From a virus, in the IMG/VR virus record IMGVR_UViG_3300029805_000006, positions 1-60,156 of that record: DNA of 60,156 bases. One strand, 5' to 3'. The stretch's first letter is position 1, and every line of letters begins with the position of its first letter. Position numbers and translations under genes: made by a program. Positions 23,799-33,054 of this stretch are shown one piece after another. The notes below the pieces were generated by a model. The model saw only the letters and a program-made list of their open reading frames with translations. It had not been told where the DNA came from and did no database searches.

Positions 23799-24902
23799 AT
23801 GGCCATTCGATGGATTGACGGATTTGAGGTAGCAGCACATGCCACCACTCTAGCTCGCGTATACAGCGACTTGCAAGTCGTAGGGTCAGTGAGTACCGTA
23901 GTAGGCAGGCAGGGTGGCCGCGCACTCAAGAAGGAGATGTCGATCAGGACTCACGATCTGGTAGGCTCTCCCTCGAACACTTGGACCACCGGCATCGAGT
24001 TCTACAAGGCCACCACGAACGCCCTTGACTCAGACGCACCGCGCCTCGCGTTCTTCATTGGTACTGATGAGCAGATCCGATGTGAGATCGCGCCGTATGT
24101 GATCCCGTCAGCAGTGCGTTCCGCGAACGGGTTCAAGCTGGTCGTGAAGAGGGGAGCCACTACCCTGGCCACCTCCAACGAATTCTGGTCACACAACAAC
24201 GAACGGGAAGATCACAGGTACATCGAGTTCTCTGTGGTCATCGCAGATGGAGTGGGCGGAAGCTTCAGTGCCAAGGTCAGCGACATCGCAGGCTCGGTGG
24301 TCACGACGGACGTAACTTGGGACTCTGCCAACACGAGCATCGACACTCAGGAGCAGGTGGCCACGGGCGCGAACCGTTGCGAACTCAACACCGGAGACAA
24401 CGCACCTCAGTTCGACAACTGGTATGTGTCTGATGACTCTACGTTCCAAGGCCCTCTCTACATCCAAGGCTACCTGCCCGATGGAGACGGGGCATCTACC
24501 GACTGGGTTCTAGACGGCGCTTCCGACATCGAAGACGCTTGGGCTGAGACCTATTCCCAAGGCAGCGTGGCTGAGGATGACAAGCGAGTCTCCTCCAACG
24601 TGACCACCGACGAGTACTTGGCCACCATGGCCTCCTCTGATGCGAACGACATCGTAGGGGACACATCGACCGTGGTCGCAGTCAAGCTTGACATCCATGC
24701 CCGCATGGAAACCTCTGGAGACTTGGACCTCGGCGCACGTTGGAGGCAAGGTGGAACGACCGTACAGTCGGGCACGATCAACGTCTCCTCTACAGCGATG
24801 GCTATCCTCTTCGAGGTCGCAGTCATCAACCCCGTCACCACGTCAGCGTGGGTAGGATCCGAGCCGCGTAACCTCGAACTCGGGGTCATCAACAACGGCT
24901 AA
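23799..24902 (+). CDS. tail-associated protein, LamG/ConA-like jelly-roll paralog 2
   Basis: 367 aa. It has the same two-domain layout as 22766..23797 (N-terminal MAIRWIDGFE, ...FDNWYVSDD, and a C-terminal domain ending ...SAWVGSEPRNLELGV versus ...SGWTISDVNDTQLGV). Confidence 0.65.
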   Translation: MAIRWIDGFEVAAHATTLARVYSDLQVVGSVSTVVGRQGGRALKKEMSIRTHDLVGSPSNTWTTGIEFYKATTNALDSDAPRLAFFIGTDEQIRCEIAPYVIPSAVRSANGFKLVVKRGATTLATSNEFWSHNNEREDHRYIEFSVVIADGVGGSFSAKVSDIAGSVVTTDVTWDSANTSIDTQEQVATGANRCELNTGDNAPQFDNWYVSDDSTFQGPLYIQGYLPDGDGASTDWVLDGASDIEDAWAETYSQGSVAEDDKRVSSNVTTDEYLATMASSDANDIVGDTSTVVAVKLDIHARMETSGDLDLGARWRQGGTTVQSGTINVSSTAMAILFEVAVINPVTTSAWVGSEPRNLELGVINNG

Positions 24903-26470
24903 TGGTTGACCTCAAGGTCTCTAGGGTCTCAGCAGAAATACTGAAGGCCGACACTCCCTCGGTGGCAGTGTGCCGCACAGGCATGCAGTCAGGCGCAAGC
25001 CGTGGAGCTGCTGTGGATGCTCTGCTGTCCCGCGTCTCTGCTGAGGTCATGGTGTCCGAAGCGACCAAGGCTGCAACCTCCCGCCTTGGCTTGCAGGCTG
25101 GAGTGAACCGCGCAGGCTCGGTGGACACTCTACTGTCCCGCGTCTCTGCTGAGATCCTAATCGGCCAGCCGGTCCAGATCGCTGTGTCCCGCTTGGGCAT
25201 GCAGGCCGGAGCCTCCCGCGATAGCACGGTAGACTTGGCCCTGTCTCGGATCTCTTCTGAAGTCCTAGGCCTTCCGCCCGCGCCCGCCGTGGTGCCTGCG
25301 CCTATCATCTCGCACTCCTTCCTAGACTGCCACAACTGGATCCAAGGCTTCACCATGGAGACGGAAGCCATGACCTCTGTGGGCATCTCAGGAGAGTCTG
25401 AGAGAGAACGCCGCCGAGGTCTGCGCAATGCCCCCATCCGTACACTCCAAGTCATCTGGGAGGCCGTAGACGAAGCCTCATCCATTCGCCTGCACCACGC
25501 GATGCGGGACGCAGCTCGGGCCATCTTCCAGTTGCCTTTGGCTTCCGATCAGATCGAGGCCTCCACGATCTCAGGCTCCACGATCACGGTGGACACTACC
25601 CAAGGACGATGGTTCAAGGGAGCCCGCGTGGTCATTGGTCATTCGGAGCTTGCGCAGATCAACCTAGTAACTCCAACAACACTGGAGTTAGTCTCCCCGG
25701 TTGTCGGCTCATGGCCTGCCGAAACTCCCGTCGCTCCCGTGGTGGACTGCTCCTTGATCCGAGAGCCGACCGCAGTCTACGAACACGGGTGCCTTGTTTC
25801 CCTCACCGTCAATGCAGTAGAAGCACCCGGCGCATCACAACTCCCCTTCCTTGAGGACTTCTCGTATAGCGAGGGATCAGACTACCGTGGCTATCCGGTG
25901 TTCCGTATCTCCCCTGATTGGACGAGCGGGGTTTCCAAAGGTATCTCACGACCTGGGACGGGGAGTTCCTTCAGCGATGGGCGAGCCCCTTCGACATTCA
26001 CCAACAGTGACCGTGGCAGAGTCACGCACAACATGGAGTTTGTAACCGAAGAGCCGTGGACCCTCCTCAAGTTTTGGGAGAGTCGCCGTGGTCGCCTGTA
26101 CCCGTTCTGGAAACTGGACGAGGCTCAAGACTCCTTGATTAAAGTCACCGCAGTTGACCCGAGCTTCATCGACTTCGAGTTGACCACCGACTTCGACGAT
26201 TGGAAAGAAGGCATGGACTTCATCGGCCTGGAGCTGAATGATGGATCCTTCGTGGTCCGTGAGGCAGCAGTCATTCAAGACGTGGCCACCTCCTACCGAG
26301 TCACTCTGGGAGACACTCTCACCGGCGTCTCCTTGTCCGACATCAAATACGCAGCCATCGCTCGGCTGACTCGTTTCAGCAAAGACGTGATCAAAGAGCA
26401 ATGGATTTCAGGATGTGTAATGGGCACCTCGCTCGCCACCATCGAACTACTCAACGAAAACCCTACCTAG
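24902..26470 (+). CDS. distal tail protein (RcGTA g12 / TIGR02217-like by order) with an N-terminal 36-aa repeat extension
   Basis: 522 aa, first gene of a four-gene block in the RcGTA-type order. Residues 1-120 hold about 3.3 copies of LLSRVSAE(I/V)...SRLG(L/M)QAG(A/V)(S/N)R...VD. Confidence 0.55.
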   Translation: MVDLKVSRVSAEILKADTPSVAVCRTGMQSGASRGAAVDALLSRVSAEVMVSEATKAATSRLGLQAGVNRAGSVDTLLSRVSAEILIGQPVQIAVSRLGMQAGASRDSTVDLALSRISSEVLGLPPAPAVVPAPIISHSFLDCHNWIQGFTMETEAMTSVGISGESERERRRGLRNAPIRTLQVIWEAVDEASSIRLHHAMRDAARAIFQLPLASDQIEASTISGSTITVDTTQGRWFKGARVVIGHSELAQINLVTPTTLELVSPVVGSWPAETPVAPVVDCSLIREPTAVYEHGCLVSLTVNAVEAPGASQLPFLEDFSYSEGSDYRGYPVFRISPDWTSGVSKGISRPGTGSSFSDGRAPSTFTNSDRGRVTHNMEFVTEEPWTLLKFWESRRGRLYPFWKLDEAQDSLIKVTAVDPSFIDFELTTDFDDWKEGMDFIGLELNDGSFVVREAAVIQDVATSYRVTLGDTLTGVSLSDIKYAAIARLTRFSKDVIKEQWISGCVMGTSLATIELLNENPT

Positions 26471-26471
26471 A

Positions 26472-27281
26472 ATGAGTAACTCCACAAGCACCCACGTAAG
26501 CCACGTACTCGTCACGTTCTATTTCAACGACGGCGAGTACCGGAAGTACACCGACTCTTCCTTGCCGGTCCCCGGCTACACCTCCATCCCCAACATGGAA
26601 GTGTCCGGCCTCAAAAACAGCGGTACCCTAGACAGTCCCAAGATTCGCATCGTCCTCCCCGCAGATGATTGGACTTCACGAGTAGCTTCAGGGGTACCGC
26701 ACTCTCCCATCACCGTTCGCATCCAAGAGATCTCCACCTCGCCGGACGGGTTAGTGGCTGGCAACATTCTGATGAAGGGAGACATCACCGAATCGGTCAA
26801 GAACTTCCAAGGGAAGAAGAACCGCATCGCGCTGATGGCCACTCGGGAGCAGGGCCTGCTCGACCGGAGCCTAGGTCTTCAATGCACGCACCAATGTCAG
26901 TGGGTTGTGTTTGGTCGAGGCTGTGGTTTGGACCGGAATGCCTTCAGTCAGTTCGCAACCATTGACACAATCAGCGGCCACACCTTGACCACTTTGACTA
27001 TTCAGGCAGGGACCAAGCCTGATGAGTACTGGCACAAAGGGTACGTTGAGTTCGAGGACCTTCGCATCGCCATTCGATTCACGCTCGACACCAATCCCCT
27101 CCAGTTCACGATGGCCCGTAGGTGCCCCGACGAATGGTTAGGCCAGACGGTCACGGTAGTCCCCGGCTGCAACGGCAACGTGGAAGTGTGCCGCGACACC
27201 TTCGACAACGAATCCCGGATCATGAATCCAGGCTTCGCCATCCCCGCGCACGATCCTACTTACGAACAGGGAGCAGGCTAA
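26472..27281 (+). CDS. tail hub protein (DUF2163 / BR0599-like)
   Basis: 269 aa. The C-terminal VVPGCNGNVEVCRDTFDNESRIMNPGFAIP matches the conserved C...C..F.N....GFP.P ending of this family, as I recall it. Confidence 0.65.
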   Translation: MSNSTSTHVSHVLVTFYFNDGEYRKYTDSSLPVPGYTSIPNMEVSGLKNSGTLDSPKIRIVLPADDWTSRVASGVPHSPITVRIQEISTSPDGLVAGNILMKGDITESVKNFQGKKNRIALMATREQGLLDRSLGLQCTHQCQWVVFGRGCGLDRNAFSQFATIDTISGHTLTTLTIQAGTKPDEYWHKGYVEFEDLRIAIRFTLDTNPLQFTMARRCPDEWLGQTVTVVPGCNGNVEVCRDTFDNESRIMNPGFAIPAHDPTYEQGAG

Positions 27282-27718
27282 TGAAGCTCGCCCCGATCAC
27301 TGTCACCTGGACTCCTGGAGGTCCCGATCTTGAAGAAGAATTTACTAAATGGGCTGGCGTCCCTTACATGTCTGGCGGTTCAAGTACCGCTGGAGCCGAT
27401 TGTCTTGGCAGCGTTTTTTCTATTCTAGGATTACCGCACGACCGCATCCCGGCTGACACCTGCATGCACTCTCCCGAAACAGCCAAGGCAGCGATGAAGC
27501 AACTCATCCGTGACGCCAATCTGACTGTGGTGACGGGCGAGGTACAGTGTGGAGACCTGCTGGTCTTCTGTACTCGAAGCGGAGGACCTGCTCACCTAGG
27601 AATCGTAGGCAACCGTACCAACACTTTCTGGCACTCGTCTTCAAAAGGATTCACCCTCTCAGGGTGGGCCTGTCCCATCGGTCAACAATTATTGAGGTGT
27701 TTCCGCCATGGCAACTAG
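27281..27718 (+). CDS. NlpC/P60-family cell-wall peptidase (tail-associated)
   Basis: Start moved to the ATG at 27281 (TAATG overlap). Catalytic Cys in GADCLGSV, His in PAHLGIV and a second His in FWHSS. Confidence 0.8.
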   Translation: MKLAPITVTWTPGGPDLEEEFTKWAGVPYMSGGSSTAGADCLGSVFSILGLPHDRIPADTCMHSPETAKAAMKQLIRDANLTVVTGEVQCGDLLVFCTRSGGPAHLGIVGNRTNTFWHSSSKGFTLSGWACPIGQQLLRCFRHGN

Positions 27719-30362
27719 CCCCTCTGGTGCCTTGATTGGCATCGGCCTCAGCATTCTTGCTGGAGCCCTAAGCAAAAAGAAGTCCCTGCTCGAAACCGCC
27801 AAGCCTACCGCTCTGTCTGAGCGAGGCGCGTGGATTCCTCGTGGACACGGTGGAGTGTTTCCTGTTGGTCCTAGGCTCTGCGCTGTAGGCAACCGCTCGG
27901 TGATCAAAGAGTCGGTCGAGGGAGGCAAGGGCATCTTCGGAGGCCCGAAACAAGAGGTGATCCTTGAGGACGGTTGGGACGTGCTGGCTGTGGGCCTCGT
28001 CACCGCGCTGCATGGGATCGAAGTCGGAGGGGAGTTCATCTTCACCGGCCCCATCACTCCTACCTCTCACCCTTCAGGCACTGAGGTAGACCTGGGCAAA
28101 GAAGGCAGCTTCCGCATTTACTGGGGAGAGGACATCCAACCCTCGGACGCGCTCGTCACTGAGCTGACCACCATCGACTCTACTTGGCCCTTCCTGTGTC
28201 ATGTGGTGTGGACTGGCCGAAGGCTTGGCCCCTCGGCTGTGTGGGCCGACCGCAGGTACCACCTGGAAGTTCAACCTACAGGCAACCACCTAGCTCACAC
28301 CGAGCCGTGGGTGGAGCCTACCGTCACTCTTGACGGACCTACGGACTCTATTCAAGGAGCCGTGGCGGACGCAGACCAAGACGTTGGATACCTGATCGTA
28401 GAGTCAGGCCACGTATCTCGGTACCTCGTTGGTCAGCCGATCAACCTCCTGTCGTGGGGTCCCTCGGACGGCGACTACACAGTGCTTCGAGCCGAGATCG
28501 CTCTGATCCCTTTTGGTTCCGATGATGACGGGGTGGACAAGTTCACTCAGCAAGGTCGCATCTTCTTAGAAGGCGGAACCTTAGGAGCCACCGGCTCCGG
28601 CACCGCACAGACCTACACCGTAGAGAAAGACAACGGTGCCAACATCGCCCACGCCATCGCGGACATGTTGTTTGAGCCCGCTCCCCAAGGGCTGGGAAGG
28701 AACAAGGACAGGTGGGACACCGACAGTCTCAACGATCTAGCCATCGACGCTACCACGTTGGACGTTCGATCCTCCCTCACCTCCCGAGATGGAGAAGAAG
28801 TCAATAGGGTTTTGGCCAGGGCGATGCAGGACCACGCCACGCTTCTGCCTCTGAATCCCCAGAGTGCTTTGTGTCAGTTCTCGATGCTCCGCAAGCCTGT
28901 GGCTTTGGACTTCGTGTTCGACGAGCATGACTACCACGGCCTCCCTCAAATCACTTCGCTCCTAGGGTTCAAGAAGGTAGACCGTTTGGTCTTCTCCTTC
29001 AAGGACAGGGAGAGGAACTACGACAGCATGACGCTGGAAGTGTTCGACGATGGGCAGGCTGCTCGCGCCGACATCTACAAGGCCCGCAGTGTAGGCATTG
29101 AAACTTGCTCCCACTTCGACTCGGCCTCCCAACTGGCAGAGCTTCGCAAAGCCGAGGAGCTTTCCCAGCGTGCCAACTTCGACGTGAAGTTCACCGGCGC
29201 AGCACGGAACCTGAAGCCTGGAATGGTCGGCACCATCTATGGTTTCGATGAAGTGGTTCGAGTGATCTCGGTCGTGCCTAATCCTCTGAGCGAGGTGGTC
29301 ACAGTGACCTTGGTCCCCGACTACTGGAACGTGGACATCGAAGCATTGGAAATCGTCAACGGTGGCGGCATCCCTGAATTCAACAAGCCCGCACCCGACA
29401 GGATCCGCGATGTAGTGGAAGTACCCGAGCAGCTCCTAGGTGGATTCCCCAACACCCAACAAGTCATGGTCTTGAGGGTCAGGGATAACGTGTCGATCTC
29501 CGGTGCAAGCATCCACTTGTCCCGCGACAACGTGACCTACTCCTACTGGGGAGAGGACACCGTGTATCAAACCGGCGGGACCTTGATTGATCCGTTGGCA
29601 GCGGACGGTGAACGACTGGTCGATACCGGCCCGACCTACACCCAGCTAGGCCCCGACGCCTCCATCATCAAGGACTTCACCGGGGACGATACTTCATGGA
29701 CTTTGGGCAAGCAGCTCGCCATCATCGTCTCAGACGAAGGCGTAGAGATCTGCTACCTGAAGAAGTCCACAGTGATCGGTGGCGATGTCCGCAGGCTTGA
29801 TGGCCTGATCCGGGCTCGCTACGGCACCCAGGCCTTGAACCATCCCGCAGGTGCTCGCATCTACATCACCGATCCCACGGTGTTCACCGCTCCCGACGAT
29901 GCCTTGTTGGCTCAGAACGTGGAGCTGTTCATGAAGGCTCAGGCCCGCACGAGTGCAGGTCAGATCGAGCTGGACGAGGCGCTCCCGGTCGGCAGGCTAC
30001 TGCGTGGCGCTGGGCAGGCCCCTGGTCGCCCCTCCTACGTCTCGGTTCCGAATGAGAGCTATGAGACGGGCGATGACCTGGATGTCACCTGGGGGCTCCA
30101 GACAGGGCCGATCAGTTCCGGTGCAGGATTACAAAGAGCAGGGGATGCAGTCACCGCACTGGCCGCGCCCGGCCAAGTGGAGATCTCCCTCGTGGGGACG
30201 GGCTACTCCGAGGTCATCGACGCCACGTCTACCGGCCACACCATCACCAGTGCTGAGTTGGTAGCCGCCCTGGGAAGCCACGTAGACGCTACGGTCAGGG
30301 TCAGGCACATCGCCAACGGTCTGATCTCCGAAAGCCGTGACAGGCTCGTGGAGGCAGTGTAG
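27708..30362 (+). CDS. host specificity / central tail fibre protein (lambda J / RcGTA g15-like)
   Basis: 884 aa, the last large gene of the tail block, directly after the NlpC/P60 gene. The N-terminus has a hydrophobic segment as in J-like proteins. Confidence 0.7.
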   Translation: MATSPSGALIGIGLSILAGALSKKKSLLETAKPTALSERGAWIPRGHGGVFPVGPRLCAVGNRSVIKESVEGGKGIFGGPKQEVILEDGWDVLAVGLVTALHGIEVGGEFIFTGPITPTSHPSGTEVDLGKEGSFRIYWGEDIQPSDALVTELTTIDSTWPFLCHVVWTGRRLGPSAVWADRRYHLEVQPTGNHLAHTEPWVEPTVTLDGPTDSIQGAVADADQDVGYLIVESGHVSRYLVGQPINLLSWGPSDGDYTVLRAEIALIPFGSDDDGVDKFTQQGRIFLEGGTLGATGSGTAQTYTVEKDNGANIAHAIADMLFEPAPQGLGRNKDRWDTDSLNDLAIDATTLDVRSSLTSRDGEEVNRVLARAMQDHATLLPLNPQSALCQFSMLRKPVALDFVFDEHDYHGLPQITSLLGFKKVDRLVFSFKDRERNYDSMTLEVFDDGQAARADIYKARSVGIETCSHFDSASQLAELRKAEELSQRANFDVKFTGAARNLKPGMVGTIYGFDEVVRVISVVPNPLSEVVTVTLVPDYWNVDIEALEIVNGGGIPEFNKPAPDRIRDVVEVPEQLLGGFPNTQQVMVLRVRDNVSISGASIHLSRDNVTYSYWGEDTVYQTGGTLIDPLAADGERLVDTGPTYTQLGPDASIIKDFTGDDTSWTLGKQLAIIVSDEGVEICYLKKSTVIGGDVRRLDGLIRARYGTQALNHPAGARIYITDPTVFTAPDDALLAQNVELFMKAQARTSAGQIELDEALPVGRLLRGAGQAPGRPSYVSVPNESYETGDDLDVTWGLQTGPISSGAGLQRAGDAVTALAAPGQVEISLVGTGYSEVIDATSTGHTITSAELVAALGSHVDATVRVRHIANGLISESRDRLVEAV

Positions 30363-30892
30363 TGGCGGACCTGGACAATGTGATGCAGGGCATCCTAGAT
30401 TCCATCGGAGAGAGGGTGGGAGCCAGGGCCAAGAACCTGCTTCGAAGCAAGACCCTCAGCGACTCCCTGTTCTACCGGGCCGACTTCGGCAGCCAGAAAC
30501 TAGAGATCGTGATCCCCTACTACTGGGCTGAGTTCTACCTCAACGGTCACGGGGTCATCCACTCCAACAAGGGACGCGGCGTAGGTTGGATGGTCTGGTT
30601 CGCCAACCCCAAAGATGACCCTCGCCTTCGAGGAGGCCCGGCCCGCACCCGAGCGGAGCGCAAGCACCTCACCCGAGACCAATGGAAGATCGGACTAGAG
30701 ATCAACCGCGAACGCAAGAGCGCGGGGCTCCCTCCCTTCATGTACTACTCGCGTGAAATCCCGGCGAGCAGAGGGTCAGGCGACTTGGATCCCTTGAATA
30801 GAGAAATCCCCCAGATCGTTCGTGAAGAAGCGACCAAGGGGATCAAGGAATACGTCAGGGATTTGATCCGCGACGAGCTGAAAGGCCTTTAG
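30362..30892 (+). CDS. hypothetical protein (176 aa), last gene of the plus-strand structural operon
   Basis: ORF track. GTG start overlapping the upstream TAG (TAGTG). An in-frame ATG at 30383 is an alternative start. Confidence 0.55.
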   Translation: MADLDNVMQGILDSIGERVGARAKNLLRSKTLSDSLFYRADFGSQKLEIVIPYYWAEFYLNGHGVIHSNKGRGVGWMVWFANPKDDPRLRGGPARTRAERKHLTRDQWKIGLEINRERKSAGLPPFMYYSREIPASRGSGDLDPLNREIPQIVREEATKGIKEYVRDLIRDELKGL

Positions 30893-33054
30893 ATACCGAG
30901 CCTGTTCTCCAGCTCTCGGATGTCAGTCTGAAGAAGCCCGATGATGTGACCTGATCGAATCATCAAGTGCATGTAGGCATCCTTCCAGCTATCAAGTCCC
31001 GGAGGTAGTTCAACTTCAGGGTCCGTGACGGGAGGGTCAACGGGCGGGTCAATCGGAGGGTCAACCGGAGGGTCAACGGGCGGATCGACGGGAGGATCGA
31101 CCGGAGGGCCTTGACTAACCATCCACATGGCCTGAGCGCGGTCCAGGTGATTCATGCTGTTCACAATCGGCAGGTCCTGAAGGTTGCTTCCGTACATCTC
31201 CTCCAAGTACCTCATATGCTCGCCTTCTGGATTGGACAGTGCCGCGTAGGCATGCAGAGCCATTCCATACCAGTTCTCGTAAGGAGCGTGCGCGTACCCT
31301 GATGAGTTCCTGATAGGACTCTCAGTATGTCCCAAAGAGTTGGCCACATTCAAGTACCAGTACGGTGCTTTGTGGGGAGTGCCTGGAATATCCACCATGG
31401 CTTCACCTATCAAGGTGCTGCACTCTTCCACGTAATTGGAAATGAGGGCAAACTCTGGAATTTGCGAGAGGCAGTGCATGAAGTGAGCGAAGTGCTCGGC
31501 TTCGAAAGTTTGGGTGACTCCCATGCCTAGAGTGATCATGCCGTGGCCGGGAGCAGCAACTGCCTTAGGACCGTTGCCTCCAATCCTGCCCATGGCTCGA
31601 TTCTCTACAACAGGATTGCCCTTCTGCACGCCGACACCTGTATTGAGAATGTTCCCATAGATCACGTCAGCGTAACTTCGCAGCCAGTCTAGGGAAGAGG
31701 ACTTGTCGGTCAAGAGGTGACTCATGAGGATGGCCTCACCTAGCCAAGCATCTTCCCGCTTACCTACTCCGATCCCTAGGTTTTGGTTGCGCTTAGGTTC
31801 GTGGTGTAGCATGCCGTACACTGAGTTGGAGAATCCCCAACCTTCTTCCAAGTCGAGGTGAGACTTGCAGAGCATGGCGTGCGCTCCGACCTGCTTCATG
31901 CAGTGCATGGCGTACCTATCTCCTGCGTTCCAGATAGCCGACTTCAGCAAGGCCGTCATTCGAACCAAGTGTTGGCCGTCGTGAGGTTTCCAACCGTGTT
32001 TGATTTTAGGAAGGTGACCTTCCTGCCAGTTGCCAGGGTATTTGTTACGATTGTGGTGACCTTCAGGAAATCCTTCAAAGAAGGTAGGGATCATCAAGTG
32101 AGGCAGGTTGGTAGGCTCTGCACGGAAGGGGATCTTCCCGCCGTAAGCGACCGATGCGGCTTTGGCATCCATAGGCTCACCTTGGAAGTAGGTCCAGATA
32201 GCCTCCCTTTCCATCATAGCATCGCTGAGGTGCAGCAGCTCGTTCAACCTTTTCTGCGCGAGTCCTGGACGGTAGGAATATTCGATCAAGAAACCACCGG
32301 GTTCGTTGCCGTCCTTGTATCCGATAGCACGGCAGGGAGAACCTCCCTCGATCATCCTGGAGCTGAGTCCTTCAATGTCAGGCACTGCGTCTAGGTCAAG
32401 GATCGAAATCATTTGAGGACCCCAAGCAGCGATGGATTCGTAGGACCAATCCCCCCTGCACTGGATCAAGTGCTCTCCCTGCTCGACGGCTTGCTGGGCA
32501 CCGTACTTAGTGTAAGTGAATCTACGGTTGATGTGCTCCCGAGGATTCAAACGACCTTCTTGCCCAGTTGTGAGATGGAAAGGACGGCCTTGGATCTTCA
32601 CAATGACTTGAGGAATATTCAAAGGACCACGGTGCCTACCTACGGTCCACTCTGCGTCAGCAATTTCCAAGGTGCCGGTGATGACATCCTGGAATCGGTC
32701 CAGGAAAATAGTAAACCTAAGGCCTCCATGAACGAAAGACTTATAGTTCAAACCTGTAGCAAAGGAGATAGATCCTTCATCCCCATTGATGTCTACAGCC
32801 ACCACGGTATTCTCCATGTTGACCTCTTCCCTAAGAGGGACGGGATCTCCTTCGGTACCTACAGACACCCGAGCGATCCCAGGAGCCTGAGCACCTTGCA
32901 CTAAGATCACCCGGTCAGTGATCTTCCGTGTTTTCCGTAGAATACCTCCAACGAACACAGGGATAGATGTAGGAGTACCTTCAGGAAGAGGGAGAGGGAA
33001 TGAGAAAATGCCACACGAGGGCACTACGATTTCAGCTACTTTGTTCATCAGCAA
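30889..33054 (-). CDS. large hypothetical protein (721 aa) with a C-terminal (PPVD)n linker; possibly a helical-toroid glycan-degrading or virion-associated enzyme
   Basis: ORF track. His/Trp/Tyr-rich helical central region, then PPVDPPVDPPVDPPVDPPIDPPVDPPVT, then a 45-aa helical tail. No family recognised. Confidence 0.7.
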   Translation of the reverse strand: MLMNKVAEIVVPSCGIFSFPLPLPEGTPTSIPVFVGGILRKTRKITDRVILVQGAQAPGIARVSVGTEGDPVPLREEVNMENTVVAVDINGDEGSISFATGLNYKSFVHGGLRFTIFLDRFQDVITGTLEIADAEWTVGRHRGPLNIPQVIVKIQGRPFHLTTGQEGRLNPREHINRRFTYTKYGAQQAVEQGEHLIQCRGDWSYESIAAWGPQMISILDLDAVPDIEGLSSRMIEGGSPCRAIGYKDGNEPGGFLIEYSYRPGLAQKRLNELLHLSDAMMEREAIWTYFQGEPMDAKAASVAYGGKIPFRAEPTNLPHLMIPTFFEGFPEGHHNRNKYPGNWQEGHLPKIKHGWKPHDGQHLVRMTALLKSAIWNAGDRYAMHCMKQVGAHAMLCKSHLDLEEGWGFSNSVYGMLHHEPKRNQNLGIGVGKREDAWLGEAILMSHLLTDKSSSLDWLRSYADVIYGNILNTGVGVQKGNPVVENRAMGRIGGNGPKAVAAPGHGMITLGMGVTQTFEAEHFAHFMHCLSQIPEFALISNYVEECSTLIGEAMVDIPGTPHKAPYWYLNVANSLGHTESPIRNSSGYAHAPYENWYGMALHAYAALSNPEGEHMRYLEEMYGSNLQDLPIVNSMNHLDRAQAMWMVSQGPPVDPPVDPPVDPPVDPPIDPPVDPPVTDPEVELPPGLDSWKDAYMHLMIRSGHIIGLLQTDIRELENRLGI
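31024..31107 (-). repeat. 12-bp tandem repeat encoding (PPVD)6-PPVT
   Basis: Codon-by-codon reading in the frame of 30889..33054 gives seven PPV(D/T)-type units. Confidence 0.9.

Noticed and set aside
27122-27280. Upstream extension of the NlpC/P60 ORF
   Set aside because: The extension overlaps the hub gene in another frame and is Arg/Pro-rich. The ATG at 27281 gives a TAATG junction and a normal N-terminus.
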